Shown in pieces: positions 19,694 through 28,237 of a DNA stretch of 64,000 nt. The number at the start of each line of letters is the position of its first letter. Within the stretch, counting starts at the first letter, position 1. Source of the stretch: Rhodocyclaceae bacterium. Its GTDB lineage: Bacteria > Pseudomonadota > Gammaproteobacteria > Burkholderiales > Usitatibacteraceae. The notes under the pieces were generated by a model that saw only the letters and a program-made list of their open reading frames with translations, made no database searches and had not been told where the DNA came from. The translations under genes and the position numbers were made by a program. The DNA lies in NCBI GenBank assembly GCA_020247395.1, contig JADCJC010000007.1, forward strand, positions 2,434-66,433, in the 5' to 3' direction.

Positions 19694-20089
19694 TTGACAG
19701 CAGGCAATATCCGCGAATCGCAACGCGTTAAACTTGCCTTGCAAGGTGAGATCAGGCGCCAGTGCGCGGTCATGTCGCGCCGCCGCAAAGCTTACTCGGC
19801 GTTACGCCCGCCTATTCCAGTGGCGGGTAGGGCGGTAATTGTCGTCGATGACGGCCTTGCAACGGGCGCGACTATGCGCGCCGCCTTGACGACCGTTCGT
19901 GCCCAACAGCCCGGAGAACTTGCTTGTGCGGTACCGGTTGCGTCAATTCAAGCGGCAGCCGATGTGGGGCCACTTGCGGATGTTTTCGTTGCGCTTGAGA
20001 CGCCCGCCGAATTCCAAGCAGTCGGACAGTTCTACACCCACTTTCCGCAGGTGTCCGACCGTGAAGTGGCGGCGATCCTGCTGTCGTAG
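19694..20089 (+). pseudogene. phosphoribosyltransferase, C-terminal remnant only
   Basis: A PRPP-binding loop (VIVVDDGLATGATMRAAL) is present, but the roughly 100-aa N-terminal half of the fold is missing. Upstream is only the divergent ATPase promoter region. Confidence 0.5.
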
Positions 20090-20137
20090 TGGTACTTGAC
20101 CGACGCTAAAAACCAAATGCAAATCAAGTTTGCGCAT

Positions 20138-20845
20138 TTACAACGAAGGGAAATTCTGTGCCTGAACGATGCGGCCATCGATCACCTCAATGATTCGATC
20201 ACAACGTCGCGCAAGTGCCGGATTGTGAGTAACAAACAGAACGGCCATGCCTTGACTACGATTGACTTCGCGGATTAGCGAGAAGACGGTGTCGGCAGAT
20301 TTTGTGTCGAGGTTGCCAGTGGGTTCGTCTGCCAGGAGGAGTGATGGTTTCATGGCAAGCGCCCTCGCAACTGCAATCCGCTGCTGCTCGCCCCCGCTCA
20401 AATTGGTAGCGAGACTATCGCGGCGATGCGCCAATCCCATGATTCCCAGAAGGCTCTCCGCCCGTGCGAGCATGGCGTCGGACGCAAATCCGGCATCCCC
20501 TAACATCGGCATCATAATGTTTTCTACGGCTGAAAACGCGCTGAGCAGATGGTGATATTGAAAGACAAAGCCAATTTCATGCGCGCGTAGATGCGTGAGT
20601 GCCGCTTCATCGAGTTCGGTGGTCTCCTGTCCGCCGATGGCGAGCCGACCCTGGGTAGGCCGATCCAGCAGGCCGACAATGTGCAACAAGGTGCTCTTGC
20701 CAGACCCGGACGGACCCATCACCGCGCAGAATTCGCCGCGCGGCAATGTGAGATCAATGCTGTGCAGAATCTCGGTCTCCAGGGGAGTAGCGATGTTGAA
20801 GGACTTGCAGAGCCCCTCCATGAGTACGACAGGCGCATCAGCCAC
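20138..20845 (-). CDS. ABC transporter ATP-binding protein (MacB/LolD type)
   Basis: Walker [10 protein letters not shown], signature LSGGEQQR, Walker B LLLADEPT. Confidence 0.85.
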   Translation of the reverse strand: MADAPVVLMEGLCKSFNIATPLETEILHSIDLTLPRGEFCAVMGPSGSGKSTLLHIVGLLDRPTQGRLAIGGQETTELDEAALTHLRAHEIGFVFQYHHLLSAFSAVENIMMPMLGDAGFASDAMLARAESLLGIMGLAHRRDSLATNLSGGEQQRIAVARALAMKPSLLLADEPTGNLDTKSADTVFSLIREVNRSQGMAVLFVTHNPALARRCDRIIEVIDGRIVQAQNFPSL

Positions 20846-22085
20846 GGATCGCCACCAATGGATCGAGTCGTGCTGCGCGCATTGCCGGTGCTGACGCGGC
20901 GACGAGACCGGCCAGCAATGCCAGCGCGAGTGCTGCGGCGAATAGGGGCACTTCCAGCGTGATCGGCACCAATGGTAGTCCGTCTGGACCGACCGCGATG
21001 CGGTGCCATAAAATCAATGCCGCCGCGCCGATGGAAGAGCCGGCGATCGAACCCAGAAGACCGAGCAGACCACCTTGCAGCAGGAACACCCGCATAATCT
21101 GGCCACGCGAAATGCCCATGGCACGAAGAATGCCGATTTCCTTGGACTTTTGTACGACCGAAACGAACAACACGCTCGCGATTCCGAACGCAACCGACAG
21201 CCCGACGAAAAAGCGAATGGCAGTGTTGGCCGTCATTTGCGCTTGTATTGCGCTGAAAAACTGCGCGTTGGCAGCGATCCAGCTGTCCGCCTGAACACCC
21301 GTTTTTTCGGTGATTTCACGTGCAACAACCTCAGCCGCATATACGTCGCGCACAGTGACGTCAATGTTCGACACGCCTCCTGGAAGGCCAAGCAGACTCT
21401 GGGCGGTGTGTAGTGCGACGAAAGTGCTCCGCTGATTGGCACCCTTGTTGCCCAGATCAACAATCCCGCTGATCGTTAGGATGTTGCTTGCGCCCGCCGC
21501 AGTCGTCACGCGGAGTTTGTCTCCTGAGTCGAGGCCGAGATCGCTCGCAAGTTCCATCCCAATGATGATGTCACCCGCGTTTAAGCGCGCGCTACCGTGC
21601 ACGACCTTGCTCGGCAATGCGACAATGCGGAAGTACGTGTCGGGCTCGACGCCATTCAAAGTGATGGCGCGACTTGTGCTGCCGCGCAAGACGAGCGCCG
21701 AGCCACCCGCCGCTGGTGAGACCACGAGGACCTGATCCATCGAGCGTATCTGGGCTACCACAGCCTGCCACTGATCGATCGACTTCAGACGCTGCAGCGG
21801 CGGCTGTAACTCCGCGCTTTCAACGACGTTTTTTCCTTCGTCACCATCGTAGTTGTGGCCACGCAGTGCTCGGACTACCTCCTTTGGCGGCAGCAATTGG
21901 ATGTGCGGCTGCGCGGTGAGGACGCGACGAATGAAATTTCCCTGCATTCCCGCCAACAGCGCAGACATGAAGACGATTACAGCAACACCAATGGCGACGC
22001 CACCAGTAATGAACAAGGTTTGCAAACGGCCTTCGCGGAGAAAACGCGCGGCGATGATCCATTCAAACGGCACCCACGATTTCAT
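20838..22085 (-). CDS. ABC transporter permease, FtsX/MacB-type
   Basis: Four-TM FtsX-like architecture with a large periplasmic loop. It overlaps both neighbouring genes. Confidence 0.75.
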   Translation of the reverse strand: MKSWVPFEWIIAARFLREGRLQTLFITGGVAIGVAVIVFMSALLAGMQGNFIRRVLTAQPHIQLLPPKEVVRALRGHNYDGDEGKNVVESAELQPPLQRLKSIDQWQAVVAQIRSMDQVLVVSPAAGGSALVLRGSTSRAITLNGVEPDTYFRIVALPSKVVHGSARLNAGDIIIGMELASDLGLDSGDKLRVTTAAGASNILTISGIVDLGNKGANQRSTFVALHTAQSLLGLPGGVSNIDVTVRDVYAAEVVAREITEKTGVQADSWIAANAQFFSAIQAQMTANTAIRFFVGLSVAFGIASVLFVSVVQKSKEIGILRAMGISRGQIMRVFLLQGGLLGLLGSIAGSSIGAAALILWHRIAVGPDGLPLVPITLEVPLFAAALALALLAGLVAASAPAMRAARLDPLVAIRG

Positions 22086-23326
22086 CAGCGCAACGACCCG
22101 CGCGCGACGCGAAGCCGCGAGCCTTCGTTTATAGGTGAGGCGACCGGGATGACCTCTTCACCCGGACTCAGGCCCCGCTTGACTTCCGTTACGCCGTTGC
22201 TGATCATTCCCAGCTCCACTGCACGCTTCCGGGCATGTCCCGCTTCTGCAACCAGCACCCATGGTTTTCCGCCTGATACCTCTCGCAAGGCATGAGTGGG
22301 CACCAAGACGGCACCGACTCGCCGTGCCACCTCGATATCCACTGAAACCGTCATATCCTGACGTAGATAGTCGGGTGGATTGGGCACCCGGAGTTTCACT
22401 TCCACGGAGCCGCGCTGCGGGTCCACGCCCGGGTTGATATAAACCAGTTCAGTCGGAAAGCGCCTGTCAGCGAACGCGTCCGCTGATGCCAGCGCCCTCT
22501 GGCCGACCGCTAGCGCGGCAAGATTCTTTTCGTCGATGAGTACCACCAGCTGCGTTTCTCCGCTCGGCGAGAGAGTCATCAGCGTCTTGCCCGGTTGCAC
22601 CGCGTCTCCAGGTTCGACATCGCGGCTAATCAGTACACCCGCACTGGGCGCGCGCACGACAGCGTAACGCAGCCGCGCACGCGCAGCTTCAGCGCTTGCC
22701 TCGGCTTGGGCCAGTGCTGCTTGCGCAAGCGCGGAGTCGCTGCCGGTCGGTTGAAAGCTCTTCAGTTGTTCACTCGCGCTACGAAGCTGTGCCTCGGCAA
22801 GATCGACCGCCTTGCGGGCATCATCGAGGACGGCTTGCCCAATGAATCCTTGTTTGAACAAATCCTGCTGACGTTTCAATTGGGTGCGCGCGCTGTCTGC
22901 GGTAACTTCCGCTTGCCTTCTTGCCTCATCTGCCACTGGCACTGTCGCTTCACGCAGCTGGCGTAAACGCGCCTTCGCTTGCATCACTGTGGCGTCGGCC
23001 TGTGAAACCGCAGCGCGTAGCTCGGCGTTCTCAAGCTCGATCAGCGCCTGATCCGCGCTAACGGTCTGCCCCTCGGCAACCGGGACTCGCGCGACCGTAC
23101 CTACAATTTGGGTTCCCACGCCGACGCGATGCGGCGACACAACCCGTCCTGTTGCGACAATGGTTCGCACCAACTCACGTTGCGTGACGGTAATCGTAGA
23201 CACTCGCGTGCCCAACAACCAATCTTGGCCCAACCAAACTGACGCTGCAAACGCAAAAACGGTTGCGAGCAGCAGGTAGCGGTAGGGGCGAACCTTGCCC
23301 CAGACGAGCTTCAGATCGGTCGCCAA
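22085..23326 (-). CDS. efflux periplasmic adaptor (HlyD/MacA family)
   Basis: N-terminal TM segment, a long Ala/Gln/Arg-rich coiled-coil hairpin and a beta-barrel C-terminus. Confidence 0.75.
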   Translation of the reverse strand: MATDLKLVWGKVRPYRYLLLATVFAFAASVWLGQDWLLGTRVSTITVTQRELVRTIVATGRVVSPHRVGVGTQIVGTVARVPVAEGQTVSADQALIELENAELRAAVSQADATVMQAKARLRQLREATVPVADEARRQAEVTADSARTQLKRQQDLFKQGFIGQAVLDDARKAVDLAEAQLRSASEQLKSFQPTGSDSALAQAALAQAEASAEAARARLRYAVVRAPSAGVLISRDVEPGDAVQPGKTLMTLSPSGETQLVVLIDEKNLAALAVGQRALASADAFADRRFPTELVYINPGVDPQRGSVEVKLRVPNPPDYLRQDMTVSVDIEVARRVGAVLVPTHALREVSGGKPWVLVAEAGHARKRAVELGMISNGVTEVKRGLSPGEEVIPVASPINEGSRLRVARGSLR

Positions 23327-23351
23327 TCTGTGCGTCTTTCAGGGCGTGAGG

Positions 23352-23771
23352 TTAGCTTGGCCGCGCCAAACTTCGAGAGCCGGGCCGCAGCTGCGGGAGC
23401 CCAAAGAAGCGGCGTGCATGGTCAAGTAGCTCGCCGTCCGTGGCACGGTCGAGCGCTTCCATCTTGACTACACGTCTAGAAAAATCGCGCTGATGTTGTT
23501 CCGCGAAATGCATCAGTTCCTGTTTCGCGTCAGCAGGCCCCGTCAGCAAAATCTTTGCGGCCGGATTCACCCCGTCAATGACGGCACGTAGGAACTCGCG
23601 GTCGAGCGACGCATTGCCGTTGCCATGCGTGAGCGATTTGTGCGCCTTAACATGAAGCTGTTTCGTATCGTGCTTCGAGTCGATGACGCTGACTTCGCCG
23701 ATATCATGGCCCACGTGGATCAGCTTGGCTTTGTGGTGATCGATCCATATCAAACAATGTCTTGAAGTCAT
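23352..23771 (-). CDS. hypothetical protein (139 aa), possibly host-attachment/eRF1-like fold
   Basis: The start is taken at MTSRHCLIWIDHH. The family assignment is only a resemblance from memory and is not verified. Confidence 0.4.
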   Translation of the reverse strand: MTSRHCLIWIDHHKAKLIHVGHDIGEVSVIDSKHDTKQLHVKAHKSLTHGNGNASLDREFLRAVIDGVNPAAKILLTGPADAKQELMHFAEQHQRDFSRRVVKMEALDRATDGELLDHARRFFGLPQLRPGSRSLARPS

Positions 23772-23802
23772 AACTGTCCCCGATAAAAGCTGTGTATGCT
23801 GA

Positions 23803-24240
23803 TTAAACAGCAGCGTGCGGACTGGCGTGTGCACGACCCCGTTCCGCCCGTGCTTGACAGGGGTTACATCGCACGGCGCTCGGATTGGCTTTCAGGCGTC
23901 TGATGCCGATGTGCCGATTGCAATCTTGGCAGCTGCCGTAGGTTCCGGCCTCAATCGCGTCGAGACTTTCTTGTATGGCGCGCAACGCGCTGCCCGCACG
24001 GGCGAAGCTGGATACTCGTTCATCGCTCAATGCATCTACGGCGGCACCATCGTCAGACTTTTCGCGGTACGGTGGCGCGCGCTCTGGCAAGATTGTATCT
24101 ACGGTCTCCGCAGACGCGGCATTGGCAAATTGCTTGTGCATCCCGCGCCGAACTTGTGCAGCTTCAGATTCCAAACGATGTTTCAACGTTACGATTTCCT
24201 GGTGCGTCAGGCCGTTCATTGCTTTCATCAGCGTGCCCAA
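23803..24240 (-). CDS. DksA/TraR family C4-type zinc-finger protein
   Basis: A coiled-coil N-terminal half, then CQDC-N17-CNPC. Confidence 0.7.
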   Translation of the reverse strand: MGTLMKAMNGLTHQEIVTLKHRLESEAAQVRRGMHKQFANAASAETVDTILPERAPPYREKSDDGAAVDALSDERVSSFARAGSALRAIQESLDAIEAGTYGSCQDCNRHIGIRRLKANPSAVRCNPCQARAERGRAHASPHAAV

Positions 24241-24284
24241 ATCAACCCAATACTGAAAGCTTAACGCATCATTCGCCTTGTAGC

Positions 24285-24298
24285 TTGATCAGCGTCAA
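24285..24298. promoter_or_regulatory. FNR/Anr-Dnr-type box TTGAT-CAGC-GTCAA
   Basis: A 9/10 match to TTGAT-N4-ATCAA. The centre lies about 52-67 bp upstream of the DksA/TraR gene start. Confidence 0.5.
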
Positions 24299-24377
24299 CA
24301 GTCTGCGCGATTGTGCGCGGCTGCCCAATCCTCACTGCTGTGAGCGCGGTTGGCGCTAAAGGTCGAACCGTCTCGCA

Positions 24378-25232
24378 TCACACCGTGGCGAGCGACGACC
24401 AAATCGATTGATCTTTTGCCGTTACAGGCGTTGCCTGTTCGCGCAATTCGACGTCGGCGTGTTTGGTCGCGGTCGGCAGGCGCTGCATCGTGCGCAGGAC
24501 GTCGAGAGCCTTGATTACCAGTGCGCGCCGATTGACTTCGATGTATCCAGCATCGTGCATCGCCGACAGCGATCGACTCACTGTCTCGAGCGAAAGGCCG
24601 AGGTAATTGCCGATTTCCTGACGCGTCATGCGCAGATGGAATTGCGTTGCAGAAAAACCCATCGCCTTAAAACGGTCTGACATCATTACGAGGAAACGCG
24701 CCACACGCGCTTCCGCACCCAAGGTGCCTAGAAGGCCGATGACCTCGTGCTCGCGCACCAATTCACGGCTGATGGTGCGATACAACCAATTTTCCAGTGT
24801 CGAGTACTCCTTGCCGAGCTGGCTCAATTCATTGAATGGAATCACCACCAGTTCGCTGTCGCAAATCGCAACCGGTTGCGATACGTATTTGTTTGCGCAG
24901 AGTCCATCCATGCCGAGCACATCGCCCTTCATTGGGAAACCTAGGATTTGCTCGTTGCCAGACTCGTCGACAAGCACCATCTTGAGAAAGCCGGAAAGCA
25001 CGATGTACAAGGCGTCAAAAGTCTCGCCGATGCCGTAGACCCAGCGACCGGCCTTAGTGCGCTGTCGGCGAAAGCGGAGTTCTGCGTTGGCATCCGGTGC
25101 GGGCACCGTCAGAAGGGCGCACACCTCTTTCAAGCTGCTCCAACCAAATGCCAGCGGTGGAGCGTCTGGCGTGCGCACGGCTTTGGTTCCGATTTGACGT
25201 GTGCCAACGGCGGTGGCGTAAATTGCGTTCAT
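24378..25232 (-). CDS. Crp/Fnr family transcriptional regulator
   Basis: cNMP-binding-like beta-roll and a C-terminal HTH (RMTRQEIGNYLGLSLETVSRSL). There is no N-terminal Cys cluster. Confidence 0.8.
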   Translation of the reverse strand: MNAIYATAVGTRQIGTKAVRTPDAPPLAFGWSSLKEVCALLTVPAPDANAELRFRRQRTKAGRWVYGIGETFDALYIVLSGFLKMVLVDESGNEQILGFPMKGDVLGMDGLCANKYVSQPVAICDSELVVIPFNELSQLGKEYSTLENWLYRTISRELVREHEVIGLLGTLGAEARVARFLVMMSDRFKAMGFSATQFHLRMTRQEIGNYLGLSLETVSRSLSAMHDAGYIEVNRRALVIKALDVLRTMQRLPTATKHADVELREQATPVTAKDQSIWSSLATV

Positions 25233-25323
25233 GGCGTTTCTCCGGGTAGAGGTGAATTAGGCATCCTGCGAAATAACAAAGAAAGGCTGATGCGAGGCAA
25301 TGCGTTTATATGACCGCTGCGTT

Positions 25324-25719
25324 TCAGAGGCTTGCGGAGGCTACTATTTGCGCCGATCGGTGTTTTGCCCATCCGTTGAGAATCAACAACAGCATCCCGA
25401 ACTCGGTGGATTTGTCCAGAAAGTGATCGGCACCAGCGGCGAAGGCGGCGCGACGATATGGCTCTCCGGTTGAATTGGTGAATACGACGCTGCGTACCTC
25501 CGGGCGGGCACTTTTGGTGGTTTTCAGTACTGCTAAGCCATTGCCGTCTGGCAAATGGATATCCACCACGAAGGCATCAGGTTCAACGGCTTCGATGGCT
25601 CTGACGGCGCGCGACGCTTTGTTCGCTGAACCCACAACGGTGACACCGGAAATGCTCAGAGCAGCCTGCGCAACGCGGGCGATCATCAGCACTGAGTCTT
25701 CAATGATGAATAGCTTCAT
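25324..25719 (-). CDS. single-domain response regulator (receiver only)
   Basis: MKLFIIEDS...VVDIHLPDGNG...VVFTNS, a CheY-like pattern with no output domain. Confidence 0.75.
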   Translation of the reverse strand: MKLFIIEDSVLMIARVAQAALSISGVTVVGSANKASRAVRAIEAVEPDAFVVDIHLPDGNGLAVLKTTKSARPEVRSVVFTNSTGEPYRRAAFAAGADHFLDKSTEFGMLLLILNGWAKHRSAQIVASASL

Positions 25720-25822
25720 GTGAGCTCCTCTGGTGTTACTGTTTCCTCAATCATGCGTTGATCACTTTTGACTAGTATTACCATTCGCCGATTAAGGAAC
25801 TATCGGCAGATGCTGAAAACGG

Positions 25823-25864
25823 CTGTAGGAATCAACGGATCGTCTCGTAGGAATCGTCCTACAG
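25823..25864. repeat. nested inverted/direct repeats of GTAGGA
   Basis: CTGTAGGAATC (25823-33) and CGTAGGAATC (25846-55) are both complementary to TCCTACAG (25857-64). Confidence 0.6.
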
Positions 25865-26189
25865 TCATCAGCGTTTTCCAATGTCCAAGTGGTCACGTGC
25901 AAGGCGATAACTGTTTGCTCGCGGTCAGACTTGCTCTTTGTGCGCCCGGTACGATTCAAATTTTGTCTTTTTTGTGAAACTAAATAGAGTAAGTAAAGTC
26001 TCGAGCAATCGCCGACAATGCGAGCGGTGGCCAATTAATTGATTTGCGATTGCGTAATCATCGGAGAAGCAGACTACCCAAATCGTCGCTGGCATTGATG
26101 GAATCTCGGCGGACCGTCCATGCAGGCGAACGCAGCGATGTCATCACACCGTTAGCCATTCTTGAGGCAACGTAGGGCGTACAAGAGCT

Positions 26190-26735
26190 GATGTAGTTTC
26201 TCTCGGCACTACTGCGGCGGACTACTTCTCGCACGCGAAAGTCGAGTCGAATCTCAGTCAGGCGTAACGCGCTCATACGCGGGTGGAACTCGCCGATTGG
26301 ATTCGCTGGACCAAGGCCGATGAGCTGCACTTTCGTAGCGGATAGACGTCGGTGAGCACGGATATCACCGGCCCGGTGGGGCGGCATGTACGCAACTTCT
26401 ACGATCGCGAAACGGTGTTGAGGTGCTGAGTAAGTCGTTTCGTGAAGCGGGCAGCAAGCTGGTAGTTACCAGGGTGAGGAAGGGGGGTTGGCTGGTGTTG
26501 ACAGGTCGACCGGATGTCACTGGATCGGTCAAAGCGGGGCGGAAGCTTCAGCGAATGTGGTTGAAGCTGAGTGCGCACGGCATGTCAGTTCACCCGAGGA
26601 CCCCGCTGCTAGGGGAGGGTGATGATGCAGCTGGGGTGTCGATGGAGCTTGGCTTGGAAGCGGTGCCACAATTGTTGCTTACAATCGGATATGGGTCGCA
26701 CTATCATGCGCCGATTAGCACACGTAGCCAGTGGC
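26190..26735 (+). pseudogene. nitroreductase (Acg-like) family gene, fragmented by stops and frameshifts
   Basis: Nitroreductase-like segments lie in three frames. The first, ...VELADWIRWTKADELHFRSG, has an in-frame TAA at 26265 and TAG at 26343. The second is VSTDITGPV...ETVLRC*. The third is GGWLVLTG...AGRKLQRMWLKLSAHGMSVHP...LLLTIGYG. Confidence 0.45.
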
Positions 26736-26770
26736 TTGGTGCACTAGCGCAGCATAGCGCGGGGATACAT

Positions 26771-27415
26771 TCAGTCGGCGTCTTGCAGGCCGTGGGCGAT
26801 GGCGTACTTGACCATGTCAGCGAGCGACTTGGTGTCGAGCTTTTGTGCGATGCGCGTTTTGTGCGTGCTCACCGTTTTAACGCTCAGGTGCAGTTCATGG
26901 GCAATGCCGGATACTGATTGACCGGCTGCGAGCTTGCGAAAAATCTGATATTCGCGGTCGGACAATTGTTTGTGCGGCGTTTCAGCATCACTGCTACCGA
27001 CGCTCAAGGCAAGTTGTTCAGCGACAGCGGGGCTGATGAAAAGCCGCCCAGACGCAACGCGCCGGATGGCGTCTACCAACATGGTTGCCGCTGTCTCTTT
27101 GGTGATATAGCCGGAGGCTCCCGCTTTGATGGTGCGAACCGCGAACTGTTCTTCCTCGTGCATCGTGAGCACCAATATCGGCAGGCGCGGTGCTATGCGC
27201 CGCACCTGACGGATCAACTCAACCCCACTCTTCCCTGGCATGGAAAGATCGAGCAGCAGCACATCAAACCCACCCTTGCGCACCCAAGTGACAACTTGGT
27301 TGCCGTCTGTTGCTTCGCCGACCACCTGCAGGTCACCATGCCCCTCAAGAATGCGCTTGAGGCCATCGCGCATGATCGTGTGGTCGTCCGCAATTAGCAG
27401 GGTAATCATAGCCAT
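26771..27415 (-). CDS. NarL/FixJ-family response regulator (receiver + LuxR HTH)
   Basis: LIADDH...LLLDLSMPG... receiver domain and a C-terminal LSDREYQIF...LSVKTVSTHKTRI HTH. Confidence 0.85.
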   Translation of the reverse strand: MAMITLLIADDHTIMRDGLKRILEGHGDLQVVGEATDGNQVVTWVRKGGFDVLLLDLSMPGKSGVELIRQVRRIAPRLPILVLTMHEEEQFAVRTIKAGASGYITKETAATMLVDAIRRVASGRLFISPAVAEQLALSVGSSDAETPHKQLSDREYQIFRKLAAGQSVSGIAHELHLSVKTVSTHKTRIAQKLDTKSLADMVKYAIAHGLQDAD

Positions 27416-27498
27416 GGGAAAGTCAAGTGACTAACGCATTATAAGGTAAGCAAGGCGGGGTGCCTGCATGCCCGACACGCCAACGACATTGCACAGAG

Positions 27499-27512
27499 TT
27501 GATTTTGCGCAA
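27499..27512. promoter_or_regulatory. FNR-type box TTGAT-TTTG-CGCAA in the divergent response-regulator/hsp20 promoter region
   Basis: An 8/10 match to consensus. It contains the palindrome TTGCGCAA and the same 11-mer TTGCGCAAAGT seen at 14844. Confidence 0.4.
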
Positions 27513-27631
27513 AGTGTTTTGCGGCGAGCGGCATACACTGCATCAAACGTAGGCGAAGCTGATGTGCTGTATGGCCATCAACTTTCCAACCATCTCAACA
27601 TCGTTTAACTTCACATTTACAGGAGCAGGCT

Positions 27632-28057
27632 ATGAACAATATCAAATTGTATGATCCATTCAGTGCAGAACCGTTTGAAAATGTTTTCCGCGGTTTTCTA
27701 CAACCGATTCGTTTCAACATTGATACCAATGAGCCGCAGATCAAGATTGATGTCGAGGAGAGTGACGATGCTTACACGATCCGGGCCGAAATTCCCGGTG
27801 CGAAAAAAGACGACATCGATATCGAAATCAATGGAGGGGTCGTTTCCATCAGCGCCGAAGTGAAAAATGAGCGCGACGTGAAGGACAATGGCAAGGTGCT
27901 TCGTAGCGAACGCTACTATGGCAGGGCGCTGCGCCAGTTGTCGCTCGCGCAGGAAATCGACGAGGCCAAGGCCGACGCCAAATACGAAAATGGCGTCCTG
28001 CAATTGAAATTGCCGAAAAGAGCCAACGCCAGAGCCAAGCGGCTCACTGTAAATTGA
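27632..28057 (+). CDS. Hsp20/alpha-crystallin small heat-shock protein
   Basis: Alpha-crystallin domain (IDVEESDDAYTIRAEIPGAKKDDIDIEI...YENGVLQLKLPK), with an AGGAG Shine-Dalgarno sequence. Confidence 0.85.
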   Translation: MNNIKLYDPFSAEPFENVFRGFLQPIRFNIDTNEPQIKIDVEESDDAYTIRAEIPGAKKDDIDIEINGGVVSISAEVKNERDVKDNGKVLRSERYYGRALRQLSLAQEIDEAKADAKYENGVLQLKLPKRANARAKRLTVN

Positions 28058-28237
28058 GAGCGTTTAGGAAAAGGGCGCATATGAACCACCTGTGTTTTCA
28101 TGACTGCCTAGTTTCTGTCATTTTGTCGGTAAGTAGCGCTATTGATGAACTAGCCCAAGTCGCTTTCCCGCTGTGAGTGGCCAAGCGCTGAGCGACACAC
28201 CACGTCATGACCTGACATTATGAGTGGGTAGAATCCA

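Noticed and set aside
26058-26387. A 109-aa minus-strand ORF in the spacer before the NarL-type regulator.
   Set aside because: It is antisense to the nitroreductase-like fragments and is Arg-rich with no motifs.
28058-28237. A cobalamin riboswitch, which might be expected upstream of the B12-dependent class II RNR.
   Set aside because: I could not find a B12-box-like core (…GCCACTG…) or the conserved multi-stem layout by eye. A covariance-model scan would be needed to exclude it fully.
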